DNA of 64,000 bases, from NCBI GenBank assembly GCA_963668695.2, contig CAXXLQ010000004.1, positions 2,752,001 to 2,816,000 on the forward strand, in the 5' to 3' direction. This document shows positions 1 to 10,364 of this stretch, piece after piece (position 1 is the stretch's first letter; the number at the start of each line of letters is the position of its first letter). The notes under the pieces are model-generated. The model did not search any database. It saw nothing but the letters and a program-made list of their open reading frames with translations, and had not been told where the DNA came from. Position numbers and translations under genes: made by a program. This DNA is from Vicinamibacteria bacterium. Its GTDB lineage: Bacteria > Acidobacteriota > Vicinamibacteria > Marinacidobacterales > Marinacidobacteraceae.

Positions 1-1
1 G

Positions 2-172
2 CATCAGGTGGAGAAACGCCCCGACTTTCCAGCGCTCGTCGAGCGCGTCCAGGCTCTCGGAAACGCAGTAGGCGGAGGGTGTGATCTGGTCGGTATCGAT
101 GGCGTCCCGTTTTCGCCCGGGTTTCCCCGGATCCCAGAATATGAGGGTTTCTCCGGTGACCGGCGCCGCTGA
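2..172 (+). CDS. 3' end of an unidentified CDS entering from the left edge
   Basis: Open frame from position 2 (HQVEKRPDFPALVERVQ...) to TGA 170-172; product not recognisable. Confidence 0.4.
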   Translation, partial: HQVEKRPDFPALVERVQALGNAVGGGCDLVGIDGVPFSPGFPRIPEYEGFSGDRRR

Positions 173-184
173 GCCGGATGCGCG

Positions 185-1534
185 ATGACCGCTCGGAGGG
201 GAAGGGAGCGGGACGCCGGGCTTCCTCCGTCCGGGCTGGATGCGCACGGTTTTGAGTATAGAGAGGGGCACCCACGGAGGGGTCCCCTTGGGTCCCACCA
301 CCGGCTGCTACACCGTCCCGATGATTCAAACGGGGCTGCGGTCACTAGAATTCGGACCGTCTTGGGGCGTTCCTCTTCGCTGTTGCTGGCCGGGTTGATG
401 GCCCTGGCTGCAACGACCCCGGTCCTGGGGCAGTTGCCGGGGGCCCAAACCGAAAGCGCGGAAGCGACACCCATCTTTCTCTTGACGATGGGTCCCGACC
501 AGTCCGTGGTCTTTCGCAAGTGGGGACACGCCGCGCTCTGCCTGGGCGATCAGTGCCTGAACTACGGAGTGACCGATTTCTCGCGGCCGGTGGGCCTGGT
601 CCAGGAGGTTCTGCGAGGCGAAGCGATCTTCTGGGTTGCGGTCTCGGACTATGAAGACATGGTGAGGGTCTATTCGCGGGACGACCGGAGCGTCTTCCGA
701 CAGGATCTCGAACTCTCTCCCGAGGGCCGGGCGGCGCTCATCGGACGCCTTTCCCGGGACCTGGTGCCCGGGCAGGGCGAATACGTCTACAACCACTTCG
801 AGGACAACTGCACCAGCCGCATTCGCGACTACCTGGACGAGGCGTCCTCCGGGAAGCTGCGGCAGCCGATCCCGCTGCCCTCACCCTTCGGGACCCCTGG
901 GAGGGAACCCACCTTCCGGAGCGACATTCGCCGCGGTCTCTACGAGGACCGGTTCCTGCTCTGGCTCTCGGATGTCGGAGTCGGTTCGGTGGCCGATCAG
1001 CCAATTTCCTCGTTCGACGCCATGTTCCTGCCAGGCGCGCTTCGATACGGGGTGGAGCAGGCCTTCGACGCGCCGCCCCGGAAACTCCACTCCGGCACCT
1101 ACGGTGATCTGTTGCCCCCGGATCCGGGAAGCCGTCCGTATTTGCCGGGGCTCTTCGCCATTGCGGCGCTCCTCGCGCTGCTCATCCTGCTGCCCGGACG
1201 CTCCGGACTCCGGAGGGCGGGGGTCGGAGCCGCGGCGGTTCTGATGGCCGCGGTGGGAGTGCTCGCGACGATCGTGCTGGCCGTGAGCCCGCTCCCCGAG
1301 TTCCGGACCAGTCTCCTCGCGCTGGCAGTGCCGCCCAGCGACCTGCTGCTCGCTACCAGACACGCGCGCTGGTACGGGCCGGCGCGGCTCGTCTGGGGCG
1401 CCGGTTTCCTGGTGGCGATCCTCGCCGGGGTTCTCCGCCAGCCCCTGGGATGGACCGTTCTCGCAACCCTGCTGCCGGTGGCCGCCATCGTCTGGCGCCA
1501 GCGGCGATCCGTGGAAGCCCCTTATGCCCGCTAG
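185..1534 (+). CDS. DUF4105 / Lnb-like membrane protein (true start probably downstream, ~340-400)
   Basis: WGHAAL, NYG, YxYNHFEDNCTSRIRD motifs typical of DUF4105/Lnb N-terminal domain; hydrophobic C-terminus. Confidence 0.7.
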   Translation: MTARRGRERDAGLPPSGLDAHGFEYREGHPRRGPLGSHHRLLHRPDDSNGAAVTRIRTVLGRSSSLLLAGLMALAATTPVLGQLPGAQTESAEATPIFLLTMGPDQSVVFRKWGHAALCLGDQCLNYGVTDFSRPVGLVQEVLRGEAIFWVAVSDYEDMVRVYSRDDRSVFRQDLELSPEGRAALIGRLSRDLVPGQGEYVYNHFEDNCTSRIRDYLDEASSGKLRQPIPLPSPFGTPGREPTFRSDIRRGLYEDRFLLWLSDVGVGSVADQPISSFDAMFLPGALRYGVEQAFDAPPRKLHSGTYGDLLPPDPGSRPYLPGLFAIAALLALLILLPGRSGLRRAGVGAAAVLMAAVGVLATIVLAVSPLPEFRTSLLALAVPPSDLLLATRHARWYGPARLVWGAGFLVAILAGVLRQPLGWTVLATLLPVAAIVWRQRRSVEAPYAR

Positions 1535-2873
1535 CCCGCCGTCCTCGATCGAGGCGGTGCTCCGTCGCCGCGGGATGCCCGCGGCTTTTTGTCGCGGTTT
1601 CCTGCGCTCCGTGGCGATTGCCTCCCGGGGGCCTTGTCACCTTCCGGAAGAGTCCATCGTTCCCGTTGCGGACGTTCCCGTATTGCCGGCGCTCGGCGAG
1701 GCAGCTCCCGCGGAAGAGCGGGCTCGCACCGTCTCCATCACCCTCAACGGCGGACTCGGGACCACCATGGGAATGCGGGCTCCGAAGGCGCTCCTCTATG
1801 CCACCAAGGGCATGACCTTCCTGGACATCACGCTGAGACAGGCCGAGGCGGTGGGGGTGCGCCCGGTCCTCATGAACAGTTTTGCGACCGATGCCGCGGT
1901 TCGCGAGAACCTGGGGGGCAAGGACGTTCGCAGCTTCTTGCAGCACGAGGCGCCCAAACTTCGCCAGAGCGACTTCGCTCCGGTCCGCGTTCCCGGGAAA
2001 CCGGATCTCGAGTGGTGTCCTCCGGGGCACGGGGATCTCTATACGGCCCTCGGGACCAGCGGAGTCCTGGGGGATCTGCTCGCGGATGGGTTCCGCTACG
2101 CCTTCCTCTCGAATGTGGACAACGTCGGGGGTTGCCCCGACCCGTCGCTCCTTGCCTATTTCATCCGGTCGGGCGCACCCTTCCTCATGGAAGTCGTCCG
2201 GCGCACGGCCGAGGATTGGAAGGGAGGCCACCTGGCCCGCCGGCGAACCGACGGACGGCTGGTCCTGCGGGAAACGGCGCAGTGCGCGCCCGAGGACCAG
2301 GCCGCCTTCCGCGACCACGAGTGTTATCGCTACTTCAACGCCAACAACCTGTGGTTGCGCCTGGAGGCGCTTCGCGACGCGCTGGATCGGGAAGAGGGAT
2401 TCCTCCCGCTCCCCACGATCGTGAACCCGAAGACCGCTGATCCGCGAGATCCGGGTTCCGATCCGGTATTCCACCTCGAACAGGCTGCCGGGGCGGCGCT
2501 GGAGGTCTTCGAGGGGGCACGGGCGGTCGAGGTTCCCAGGCGGCGGTTCGCGCCGGTAAAGACGATCGAGAACCTGCTGGTCCTGCGCTCGGACATCTAT
2601 GCGATCGACGAGAACGGCCTGGTGGAACCGGCGCGCGAGCCGCCACCGGTGGTGGCGCTCGACGGTGAGCGGTACCGCTTCATCAGCGATCTCGAAGCGC
2701 GCTTTCCCTACGGGCCGCCTTCGCTCGTTGCCTGCGACCGGTTTCAGGTCCGGGGTGACGTGCGGTTCGGGAAACAGGTCGCGTGCGAGGGAGAAGTCAC
2801 CGTGCTGGGCCGTTCGGACCGGCCTTCAACCATCCCGGACGGGGCCCGCCTCCGGGGCGTGGTGCGGGTCTAG
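1524..2873 (+). CDS. UTP--glucose-1-phosphate uridylyltransferase (eukaryote-type UDPGP family)
   Basis: LNGGLGTTMG...PK, WCPPGHGD, SNVDN, KGGHL, YFNANNLW, RFAPVK motifs. Confidence 0.9.
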   Translation: MPASPPSSIEAVLRRRGMPAAFCRGFLRSVAIASRGPCHLPEESIVPVADVPVLPALGEAAPAEERARTVSITLNGGLGTTMGMRAPKALLYATKGMTFLDITLRQAEAVGVRPVLMNSFATDAAVRENLGGKDVRSFLQHEAPKLRQSDFAPVRVPGKPDLEWCPPGHGDLYTALGTSGVLGDLLADGFRYAFLSNVDNVGGCPDPSLLAYFIRSGAPFLMEVVRRTAEDWKGGHLARRRTDGRLVLRETAQCAPEDQAAFRDHECYRYFNANNLWLRLEALRDALDREEGFLPLPTIVNPKTADPRDPGSDPVFHLEQAAGAALEVFEGARAVEVPRRRFAPVKTIENLLVLRSDIYAIDENGLVEPAREPPPVVALDGERYRFISDLEARFPYGPPSLVACDRFQVRGDVRFGKQVACEGEVTVLGRSDRPSTIPDGARLRGVVRV

Positions 2874-3052
2874 CAGCCTGTGGCAAAACCCACACGGCGT
2901 TCGACCGGCGATCCATCCCGGCTGAACCGCGTCGCTTCGCGCCGCTCATCGTTGCGTTTCGGTCGAAATACACCCGGTATTCCTCCCTCACGCGCCTTGT
3001 CAGCCGCGCGCCTCGCCGGTCTCGGCGCTCACGTGGGTTTCACCACAGGCTG
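2874..3052 (+). mobile_element. MITE family A copy 1 (179 bp), TSD CTAG/CTAG
   Basis: Terminal inverted repeats CAGCCTGTGG...CCACAGGCTG; CTAG at 2870-2873 and 3053-3056; left TSD contains the UGPase stop codon. Confidence 0.9.
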
Positions 3053-3207
3053 CTAGGAGTCGTGGTGCCGACCGCCGGCCAGTCCTCCCGGTGGCGCCCG
3101 GCACAGCGGCCCGTAGCGCCGCCGAGATGCGTACGGTTGCGCTCCTTCACGGGATGACCGCCTTCCTCCCAGACAGCCCCGGCTAGAATCCGCCCTTCCC
3201 CACTCCC

Positions 3208-3930
3208 ATGCGCGGCGAAGAACGACACAAGCTGGAAACCGACGCCCTGATCCTGCGGGTCGAGCGGGCCATGGACTGGGCGCAGGCGAACCGCCGCAGT
3301 CTGGTGACCATCGTGGCGGCCACCATCGGGCTGGGGCTGCTGGTGGGCGGTTTCCTGGTGAACCGCGGGAATCGGAAGGACGCAGCAAGGACGCGGCTCG
3401 GTTTCCTGACGGCCGAGATTCAGCGAGCGACGGGCGGGGAAGAGGGCCAGCGAGGTCCCTGCGAGGTCTCGCTCTCCGAACTGGAACGGCTTGCGGAGAG
3501 TGAAGGCAATTCCTTCGAAGGCCGGACGGCGCGTTACTACGCCGGGATCTGCCAGCGCGCGCTTGGCGAGTACGAAGAGGCCGCAGCCAGCTTCGAGCAG
3601 GCTCGGGGGCGCAACGATCTGCTGGGCGATCTGGCCACCCTCAGTCTTGCCAGCGTTCAACGGACGTCCGGCCAGGGCGAAGAGGCTGCTTTGGCATACC
3701 GGAGCCTGCTCGATGGGGGTGGCGAACTGCCCCTCGATCCGGTGCTGTTCGAGCTTGCAGTCCTCGAGGAGGAGCAGGGACGGCCGGAGGCCGCGGTTGA
3801 ACTCTACGAACGGATTGTCGACGAGTTTCCCGCCTCTGCCTTTCGGGACCTGGCGGAGGCCCGGAGGGAGCGGCTTCCCCGGAAGGAGCGGCTTCCCGGG
3901 GGGGAACGATCTCCTGACCCGTCCCGCTGA
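3208..3930 (+). CDS. YfgM-like single-TM tetratricopeptide repeat protein
   Basis: ERHKLETD N-terminus, one TM helix, TPR-like helices ending in FPAS; TAGAAT -10 box near 3185. Confidence 0.75.
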   Translation: MRGEERHKLETDALILRVERAMDWAQANRRSLVTIVAATIGLGLLVGGFLVNRGNRKDAARTRLGFLTAEIQRATGGEEGQRGPCEVSLSELERLAESEGNSFEGRTARYYAGICQRALGEYEEAAASFEQARGRNDLLGDLATLSLASVQRTSGQGEEAALAYRSLLDGGGELPLDPVLFELAVLEEEQGRPEAAVELYERIVDEFPASAFRDLAEARRERLPRKERLPGGERSPDPSR

Positions 3931-3992
3931 CGCCCCTCCCCGTTCCGCGACAAGAACCGGCCACCGAGCCGGAACGGTTCCTGCCGGCAGCG

Positions 3993-5731
3993 ATGTCTGA
4001 GGCGTTCCCGGGCCGCGTGCCCGCTCCCCCTCCTCCTCCGGGGGCCCAGCGCCGGGCGGGATCCGGATGCCTGCTCAGCGCCATGCTGGTGCTTGCCGTC
4101 TTCGCGGGCCTCGGTTTTTTGGGACTGGCCATCGTGTTCGTCATGGGTGGCGGCCCGCCGGTGCCCGAGGGGAGCGTGCTGGTCGTGGGCACCGAGGGTG
4201 ACTATCCGGAGACGCTCCCCTATGCGCCCTTTTTCTTCGCTGACGCGGGACCGAGCTTCAGCGAGCTGATCCGCGGGGTATCGCGGGCGGCGGGGGATCC
4301 CCGCATCCACGCTCTCCACCTTCGGGTCGGAGATACCCGGCTCGGATGGGCGCGGGCGCGTGAACTGCGTGATGCAGCGCTCCGCTTTCGCGAAGCAGGC
4401 AAACGAGTCACCGCCTCGCTGGAGTACGCGGGTCTCATGGACTACTACCTGGCGAGCGCCGCCGACCGGGTCCACATGCATCCGCGAGGGCAACTCGGGC
4501 TCTACGGCGTCTCGATGGAGGTGACGTTCTTCGCCGGACTCCTCGAGAAGCTGGGAATCGAGGCCCAGTTCGAAGCGATCGGTCCGTACAAGACGGCTCC
4601 CGAGGTCTTCACCGGCTCCACGATGAGCGCCGAGTATCGCGAGCAACTCGAATCCCTGGGAGAAGAGGTCCGATCCGCACTGGCCGAAGCGGTGGCCGCA
4701 TCCCGCGGAATGACTGCGCCGGAAGCGGACGGGCTGCTGTCTGACGGCCCCTACACCGCGACCCGGGCGCAGGACCAGGGACTCGTGGATGTCCTGAGCT
4801 TCCACGACGAGATCAGGGAGGATGTCGGGGGCGCGGCCCTGCTGGACGTTGCCGACTACCTGGCCTCGTCGGGGTTGGAATCGACGGACGGCGAGGCGCT
4901 GATCGCGGTAGTCCACGTGGATGGGGCGATCCTGCCGGGCAAAAGCCGCGAGGACCTGACGGCGGGCAGGGTTGCCGGGGCCGAGACGGTGGCGGAAGCG
5001 CTCGCCTGGGCCGAGGAGGAGGCGTCCGTCGACGCCGTGGTGCTGCGGGTTTCGAGTCCGGGCGGCGCCGATTCCGCCTCGGACACGATCTGGAGGGCGG
5101 CGGAGCGGGTGCGGGCCGTGAAGCCCCTGGTCGCCTCTTTCGGCGACACCGCTGCCTCAGGCGGCTACTGGGTCTCCACGGCGGCGCGCCGGGTGGTGGC
5201 GGAACCCCTCACCGTTACCGGATCGATCGGCGTCTTCGTGGGAAAGTTCAGCATCGAGGAACTGCTCGACAAGGTCGGGCTGGCGGTCGAGGTTGTCTCG
5301 CTCGGCGGCAAGCCGAATTGGCTCAGCTCCGCCCGCCCGCTCGATGAGCAGGAACTCGCGCGGCTCAGGGAGGGCGCGGCGGAAATCTACGGCGTCTTCC
5401 TCGAGCGGGTGGCGGCAGCGCGCGGGATGTCCACCGCAGAAGTGGACGCTATCGGCCAGGGGCGCGTCTTCACCGGCCGGCAGGCGCTCGCCGCGGGCCT
5501 CGTGGACGAGTTGGGCGGCCTGGAGGATGCGATCCGGATCGCGGCATGGAGGCCGGTTTCCCGGAAGGCGCCGCCACCCGCACCGTCTCGCTCCCGGAAC
5601 CGCCGACGCTTGCGGAGGCGATCGAAGCCGAGTTCCGATCCGGGGGACTGCGCGAACGTTTCCCGCTTCTCGATGCGGCGCTCCGCGGCACCCGCTTGGC
5701 GATTCTTCCCTTCGTCCCCGAATTTCGCTGA
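3993..5731 (+). CDS. sppA: signal peptide peptidase SppA (67K type), frameshifted near 5545
   Basis: Two S49 domains: DYYLASAAD, GPYKTAPE, LRVSSPGG, AASGGYW, TGSIGV, GQGRVFTGRQA. C-terminus continues in ORF 5546-5731. Confidence 0.85.
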
Positions 5732-5882
5732 TCGCCAGCGGGAACCGGGGACGAGCGTTGTCGCGACGAGCCCGCTATTCTCTTGTTGGCGCAGCCCATA
5801 CCGTTGCGCCGAGTGTGAGAGAGGCAGCCCGATTCACAACCAGCCCCGCAGAGGCAGAGAGCCTGTAGGGAGAGCGGCCCAA

Positions 5883-6463
5883 ATGTCGGTAAGGATCGTC
5901 AAGCCCGGGACCTTCAAGTGGCCTTGGGACACTCCGGTCGGCTTGCTAGTCATCACCGGAGCCTCCGGTGGAGGAGGAGGGGGAGGCGGCGCTTTCTGTA
6001 TGGAGGGTCTGCACCTGTACACAGCCGGCGGAGGTGCCGGGGGCACTGGAGGCGACGCAACGACGGTACGGTTCAGGGGCGAGACTCACACCGCCGCCGG
6101 AGGTAACGGGGGTGATGGCGGCGGGGGGGGGAGGGCTCGTGAATGGGAAGTCTGCTAACGGACGTGATGGCCGTGGCTGTCACTACGGCGGCGGCGGCGA
6201 CGGTGGCCGCGGTGCCGTAGCCCCCCCCCGGTCCCGGACGCACGGTCTCAAACGGCGGGAACGGCGGCAAAGGCTTTGTCGGGGAGAGCCTCATCGTGGA
6301 ACTGACCGACCTGACGGTTGGCGATCGGTTCGAGATGGATGTTGGGGTCGGTGGAGGCGGGGGAGCGGGTGGCAAGGGGTTCGGAGACGGCGACGACGCG
6401 GGACAGGGCGCGGGAGGATCGCTCCTATTCGTGCCGATCCTTGCAGAGAGCGGCGGCGAGTGA
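5883..6463 (+). CDS. glycine-rich protein with two frameshifts at G9 (6123-6131) and C9 (6221-6229)
   Basis: MSVRIVKPGTFKWPW...GASGGGGGGGG; three consecutive frames join into one Gly-rich ORF whose TGA overlaps the next ATG. Confidence 0.55.
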
Positions 6464-7065
6464 TGTCGGCGTTACAGGGAAGCCCCGGTATCGCGGGCCA
6501 TACCGGGGCGCATCATTGGTCGCAATATGGCGTCCGTGGAGGTGAGGAAATCTTGCTTCCCGAAGGCTTCGGCTTCGGCCAGTCTGGGTGGAATTCGGCG
6601 TGGATCGGAGAAGCGACGGAGCCTGACCCAGCCGTATTCGGTCTCGGCGGCAGGCTCGGACGCGCGGGCGCCACGTTCGTTCCGGATGTTTCCCGGACCT
6701 CCGAACCCAGGAGACTGTCCGGCCCGATTCAGTTCGTACCGAGACTGCTGGAGTTTTGGTGCTTGGAAGAGGGAGACGCGGTGCGACTCTTGGGCTTTGA
6801 TCGGGAAGATTCCGGTTATGTCGCCTCGGCACTGGCGGGGGTGGCGCAGTTCCGTGGACGCGATGTGCGGGAACGGATCGCCCATCTGTTCTGGATTCGG
6901 AAGACTCTGTCCGCGTTGTTTCGCGATCGAGACACTGAGAACGCATGGCTCCGGGAATCCCATTCCTGGCTCGACGACAGGGTGCCGATGGATTTGCTGC
7001 GTGGCGGATCCATGGAAGACCTGCTGCTGGTGCGGGACTATGTGGATACGGCTGCGGGCGTATAG
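6463..7065 (+). CDS. Xre/MbcA/ParS-type antitoxin (DUF2384 C-terminal domain)
   Basis: C-terminal LF...ENAWLRE.H..LD.RVPMDLL..GSMEDLLLVRDYVD signature; lies upstream of RES gene. Confidence 0.8.
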   Translation: MSALQGSPGIAGHTGAHHWSQYGVRGGEEILLPEGFGFGQSGWNSAWIGEATEPDPAVFGLGGRLGRAGATFVPDVSRTSEPRRLSGPIQFVPRLLEFWCLEEGDAVRLLGFDREDSGYVASALAGVAQFRGRDVRERIAHLFWIRKTLSALFRDRDTENAWLRESHSWLDDRVPMDLLRGGSMEDLLLVRDYVDTAAGV

Positions 7066-7067
7066 GT

Positions 7068-7694
7068 GTGCTTCGAAGTATCCCGAGTCGCAGCCGTAGC
7101 ACGCAGGTGTATCGCCTGGCGCGCGATGGCCCGATGGAGGAGGTCCTTGCCGAGCATCAGCTCGACCCATCGGCAGGTGACGACATAGCGGCGGACTTCA
7201 TCGAATTTGGCTACGTGGTGAATGAGCGGGAGTTGCTGGACACTCCCTTTCGACCGAAGCGAAACCGCAAGCCGACCCGGTTTTCCGATGGGTCGTTTCC
7301 CGTCTTCTACAGTTCGCTGGATTCGGAAACGGCCGAGGCGGAGGTGCGGCATTGGGCGCGGACGTTTCTCGGGGACCCCGAACAACCGAGGACGACTTAC
7401 CGCTGGCTGTTTCGCTGTAGCTTCGATGGCGTAGAAAAGGACGTTCGTCCGCAAATTGGGACTTGGCCCGATTTGGTCCACACTAGCGATTACGCTTTCT
7501 GCAACCGGCTCGGCGCCGAAGCCGTACGGCTCAGGTTGGATGGTCTTGTGACATGGTCGGCCCGGCGCGCGCGGGGAGTGAATGTGCCGGTTTTCTCGCG
7601 GAAGTCGCTTTCGAATCCTGACAAGGTGAGGCTAGTGACCGTGACCTACAACCCGGCTACCGATTCGGTCTCCGTTCAACCAGCTTCCCAATAG
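7068..7694 (+). CDS. RES domain toxin (MbcT/ParT-like NAD+ phosphorylase family)
   Basis: TRFSDGSFPVFYSS...TAEAE (R, E) and DGLVTWSAR...NV (S) motifs. Confidence 0.8.
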   Translation: MLRSIPSRSRSTQVYRLARDGPMEEVLAEHQLDPSAGDDIAADFIEFGYVVNERELLDTPFRPKRNRKPTRFSDGSFPVFYSSLDSETAEAEVRHWARTFLGDPEQPRTTYRWLFRCSFDGVEKDVRPQIGTWPDLVHTSDYAFCNRLGAEAVRLRLDGLVTWSARRARGVNVPVFSRKSLSNPDKVRLVTVTYNPATDSVSVQPASQ

Positions 7695-7829
7695 GTCGGC
7701 GGCCGTCGGCAACCCTTCACGCGGGCTCCGCGGCGGACGGGGCGTCAAACAGACGCACGGCCCGTAGGTCGCGGCACGGTCTTCCCGAGTGGCCGGGCGT
7801 CACTTTCCTTCGGGGGACCGCCGTGCGGC

Positions 7830-8513
7830 TCAGAGGCCGCGGAGGTAGCCGGCGCCGCCGAGCTTCGCCACCAACTCCTCGATCTCGCGGGTGCGGCCGA
7901 TCACGTATTCCGAAGGGCGCGCGGCCGACATGCGCTTGGGGCTCGGCAGCACGGCGATCAGCGTGGCGGCTTCGCGCGGCGTCAAGTCACCCGGTTTTCG
8001 GTCGAAGGCGTGCCGGCTCGCCGCCGACACGCCGAAGATGCCGGGGCCGAACTCGGCGACGTTCAGATACACCTCCAGGATTCGGCGCTTGGGCCACATG
8101 AGCTCGACCGCGAGCGTGAAGTACGCCTCCATGGCCTTCCGGACGAGGTTCTGGCCGGGCCACAGGTAGAGGTTCTTGGCGACCTGTTGGGAGATCGTGC
8201 TCCCACCCCGGACGCGTCCGCCCCGCCGGTTGCGTTCCATTGCGTCGGTTATCGCCTCGAGGTCGAAACCGAAGTGCCCGGGGAACTTCTGATCCTCGGC
8301 AGCCACCGCCGCGATGGGCAGGTGGGACGAAATGCCGTCCCACGACACCCACTGATAGCGAACCGGTCCCTCGCCCACGAGGTGCTCCCGGAGCATGAAG
8401 GCCGTGGTCGGCGGCGGAATCCAGCGCCACGGCAGCACCAGCACGATCGTCAAGGCGACCCACCCGAGGGCCGCCGCGAGCGCCAGACGGAGGAATCGCT
8501 TTTTGCCGATCAT
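7830..8513 (-). CDS. mtgA: monofunctional peptidoglycan transglycosylase
   Basis: AEDQKF, GGSTISQQVAKNL, RKAME, KRRILEVYLN GT51 motifs. Confidence 0.95.
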   Translation of the reverse strand: MIGKKRFLRLALAAALGWVALTIVLVLPWRWIPPPTTAFMLREHLVGEGPVRYQWVSWDGISSHLPIAAVAAEDQKFPGHFGFDLEAITDAMERNRRGGRVRGGSTISQQVAKNLYLWPGQNLVRKAMEAYFTLAVELMWPKRRILEVYLNVAEFGPGIFGVSAASRHAFDRKPGDLTPREAATLIAVLPSPKRMSAARPSEYVIGRTREIEELVAKLGGAGYLRGL

Positions 8514-8561
8514 GGCGCCCGTGGTGGCGGCCGGTGCGATCGTCGGGTGGGAACGGGCTCG

Positions 8562-10172
8562 CTAGGGGCCGGTTGGATCCCCGCGTGGAGAGACGTCGGC
8601 GTCCTCGGCGTGTTCCAGGCTCAGCGTCCGCGTCGGGAAGGCGAAGTCGACCCCGATGTCCTTCGCGAGGCGGAGGATGGACAGCAGGAAGCCGTGCCGC
8701 TCGGTCAACTCGGCATGCCAGTCGGGCACGTGGAAGAAGCAGTAGACGAGCACGTCCACCGACGAGTCGGCAAAACGATTCAGGTGGATCTCGAAGTAGT
8801 CGTGGCGCATCGCGGGGTTCTTCAGAATGAGTCCCTGCACACCATCGACGAACGTCTGGATGCGGTCGGGGTCGGTGTCATAGCGGAGTGCCAGCATCTG
8901 CTTCATGCGCCGGTACTTGCGTTGTCCCATGTTGTCCACGACCGAGTTCACGACCGTGCTGTTCGGGACGCTGACCAGCGAGTCGTAGAAGGTGCGGACC
9001 CGGGTCGAGCGCAGCCCGACCCGCTCCACGGTTCCTTCGTGGCCGTCCACCAGCACCCAGTCGCCAACCTGGAAAGGACGATCGCTGACGATGGCGAGCG
9101 AGCCGAGTACATTGGCCAGCGTGTCCTTGGCGGCGAGGGCGACCGCGAGACCGCCGAGTCCCAGTCCGGCGACGAGAGTGGTGACCGAGAATCCCTGGCT
9201 CTGGGCGATCAGCAGGATCGCCGCGATCAGCGAACCGACCCTGAGCGCGGTGCGCGCCAGAGGGACAAGGTGATCGTCCACGGTCGTCGCGGTCTTCGCC
9301 GTGAGGGCTTCGAGCTTCGTGCAGACGGCGTCGATCGCCCGGAACGCGAACCACACGGTGATTCCGGCCAGCGTGAGGTCGAGCAGGACATTGAGGACCT
9401 GGTTCACCAGCACCGGAAACCGGAGGTCGGCAAGGAACCGGTGGAAGATCCAGACCGAGGCGAGCCAGGACGCCGGCAGGGCGGCGGATTCGAGTTCCTT
9501 GCCCGCCCAACCGCCCTGCCGGGCGGCGAAGCCGACGAGGAAGCCCCGGAAGAAGATGCCGAGTAGCGCCTGCAGCACCCAGGCGAGTCCCGCCAGGATG
9601 GCGAGCCCAATGAACTGCCAGAGCGTGAATCCCAGGAACGGCTGTTCGACGATCGGAGGGAGAAGATCCAGCAGCCGCCGCGCGTACCAGGAAAAGGTTT
9701 CGTCGTAGAGGCTTTCGGCGGCGCGCACGGTGTTCGCGGAAATGCGCCAGGCCTGATCCTCGCCGCGGCGCACCTGGAAGGCCTGGAGCCGGATCGGGAA
9801 GGGGGTGAAGACCGCCTGGCGGGAATCGGGGTCGAGGTAGTCCGGATCGGCTGGGACCGTGCCCATCCGGACGAAGAGACCCCGCCCGTCGAGGATGGAC
9901 TTGAGCTGTGCGGCGACGAGCTGGCGTTCCTCGGGGGTGACCCCCTCCTCGAAGTCGAGGGTCCCCACGACCGTGTCCCAGGGGATCTCGGCCTTCAACT
10001 GTTCGCCGAGGAAGGTGGCGAGCGTGGTTCGCGGGCTTCGGAGGTCCTCGGGGACGCGGGAAGCCGCTGGCTCCTGGGCGTTCGCGGTTGGGGGGTTTGC
10101 GGCTGGGGCGCCGAGGAGAAGCGCGAGGACGGCGAAGATCCGCAGCGCGGTCTGCTGGGAGGAATGACTCAT
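8562..10172 (-). CDS. mscS: small-conductance mechanosensitive channel family protein with periplasmic N-terminal domain
   Basis: AGLGLGGLAVALAAKDTLAN, DRPFQVGDWV, GTVERVGLRSTRVRT, FAFPT. Confidence 0.9.
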   Translation of the reverse strand: MSHSSQQTALRIFAVLALLLGAPAANPPTANAQEPAASRVPEDLRSPRTTLATFLGEQLKAEIPWDTVVGTLDFEEGVTPEERQLVAAQLKSILDGRGLFVRMGTVPADPDYLDPDSRQAVFTPFPIRLQAFQVRRGEDQAWRISANTVRAAESLYDETFSWYARRLLDLLPPIVEQPFLGFTLWQFIGLAILAGLAWVLQALLGIFFRGFLVGFAARQGGWAGKELESAALPASWLASVWIFHRFLADLRFPVLVNQVLNVLLDLTLAGITVWFAFRAIDAVCTKLEALTAKTATTVDDHLVPLARTALRVGSLIAAILLIAQSQGFSVTTLVAGLGLGGLAVALAAKDTLANVLGSLAIVSDRPFQVGDWVLVDGHEGTVERVGLRSTRVRTFYDSLVSVPNSTVVNSVVDNMGQRKYRRMKQMLALRYDTDPDRIQTFVDGVQGLILKNPAMRHDYFEIHLNRFADSSVDVLVYCFFHVPDWHAELTERHGFLLSILRLAKDIGVDFAFPTRTLSLEHAEDADVSPRGDPTGP

Positions 10173-10195
10173 GGATGGAGAAAGCTGGAGCAGCG

Positions 10196-10269
10196 TACGC
10201 CTGGCAGGACTCGAACCTGCGACCTACGGATTAGGAATCCGTCGCTCTATCCTCCTGAGCTACAGGCGC
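10196..10269 (-). tRNA. tRNA-Arg(CCT)
   Basis: Reverse complement GCGCCTGTAGCTCAGGAGGATAGAGCGACGGATTCCTAATCCGTAGGTCGCAGGTTCGAGTCCTGCCAGGCGTA forms a cloverleaf with anticodon CCT; CCA not encoded. Confidence 0.95.
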
Positions 10270-10364
10270 ATCGAACCGCCGGACGACGCCGGGGAGAATC
10301 GTACCGCGTGGGACCTGCCGCAACCTCTCTCCGGCAACCTCTCTCCCGGACCGACGGCTCCTGG

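Noticed and set aside
2783-3157. Small ORFs containing FRSKYTR / REEYRVYFDRNAT at several loci
   Set aside because: These are translations of the MITE, not independent genes
5540-6158. 721-aa SppA fused to a Gly-rich tail
   Set aside because: Artefact of a frameshift near 5545; the real C-terminus is in ORF 5546-5731 and the Gly-rich part is a separate gene starting at 5883
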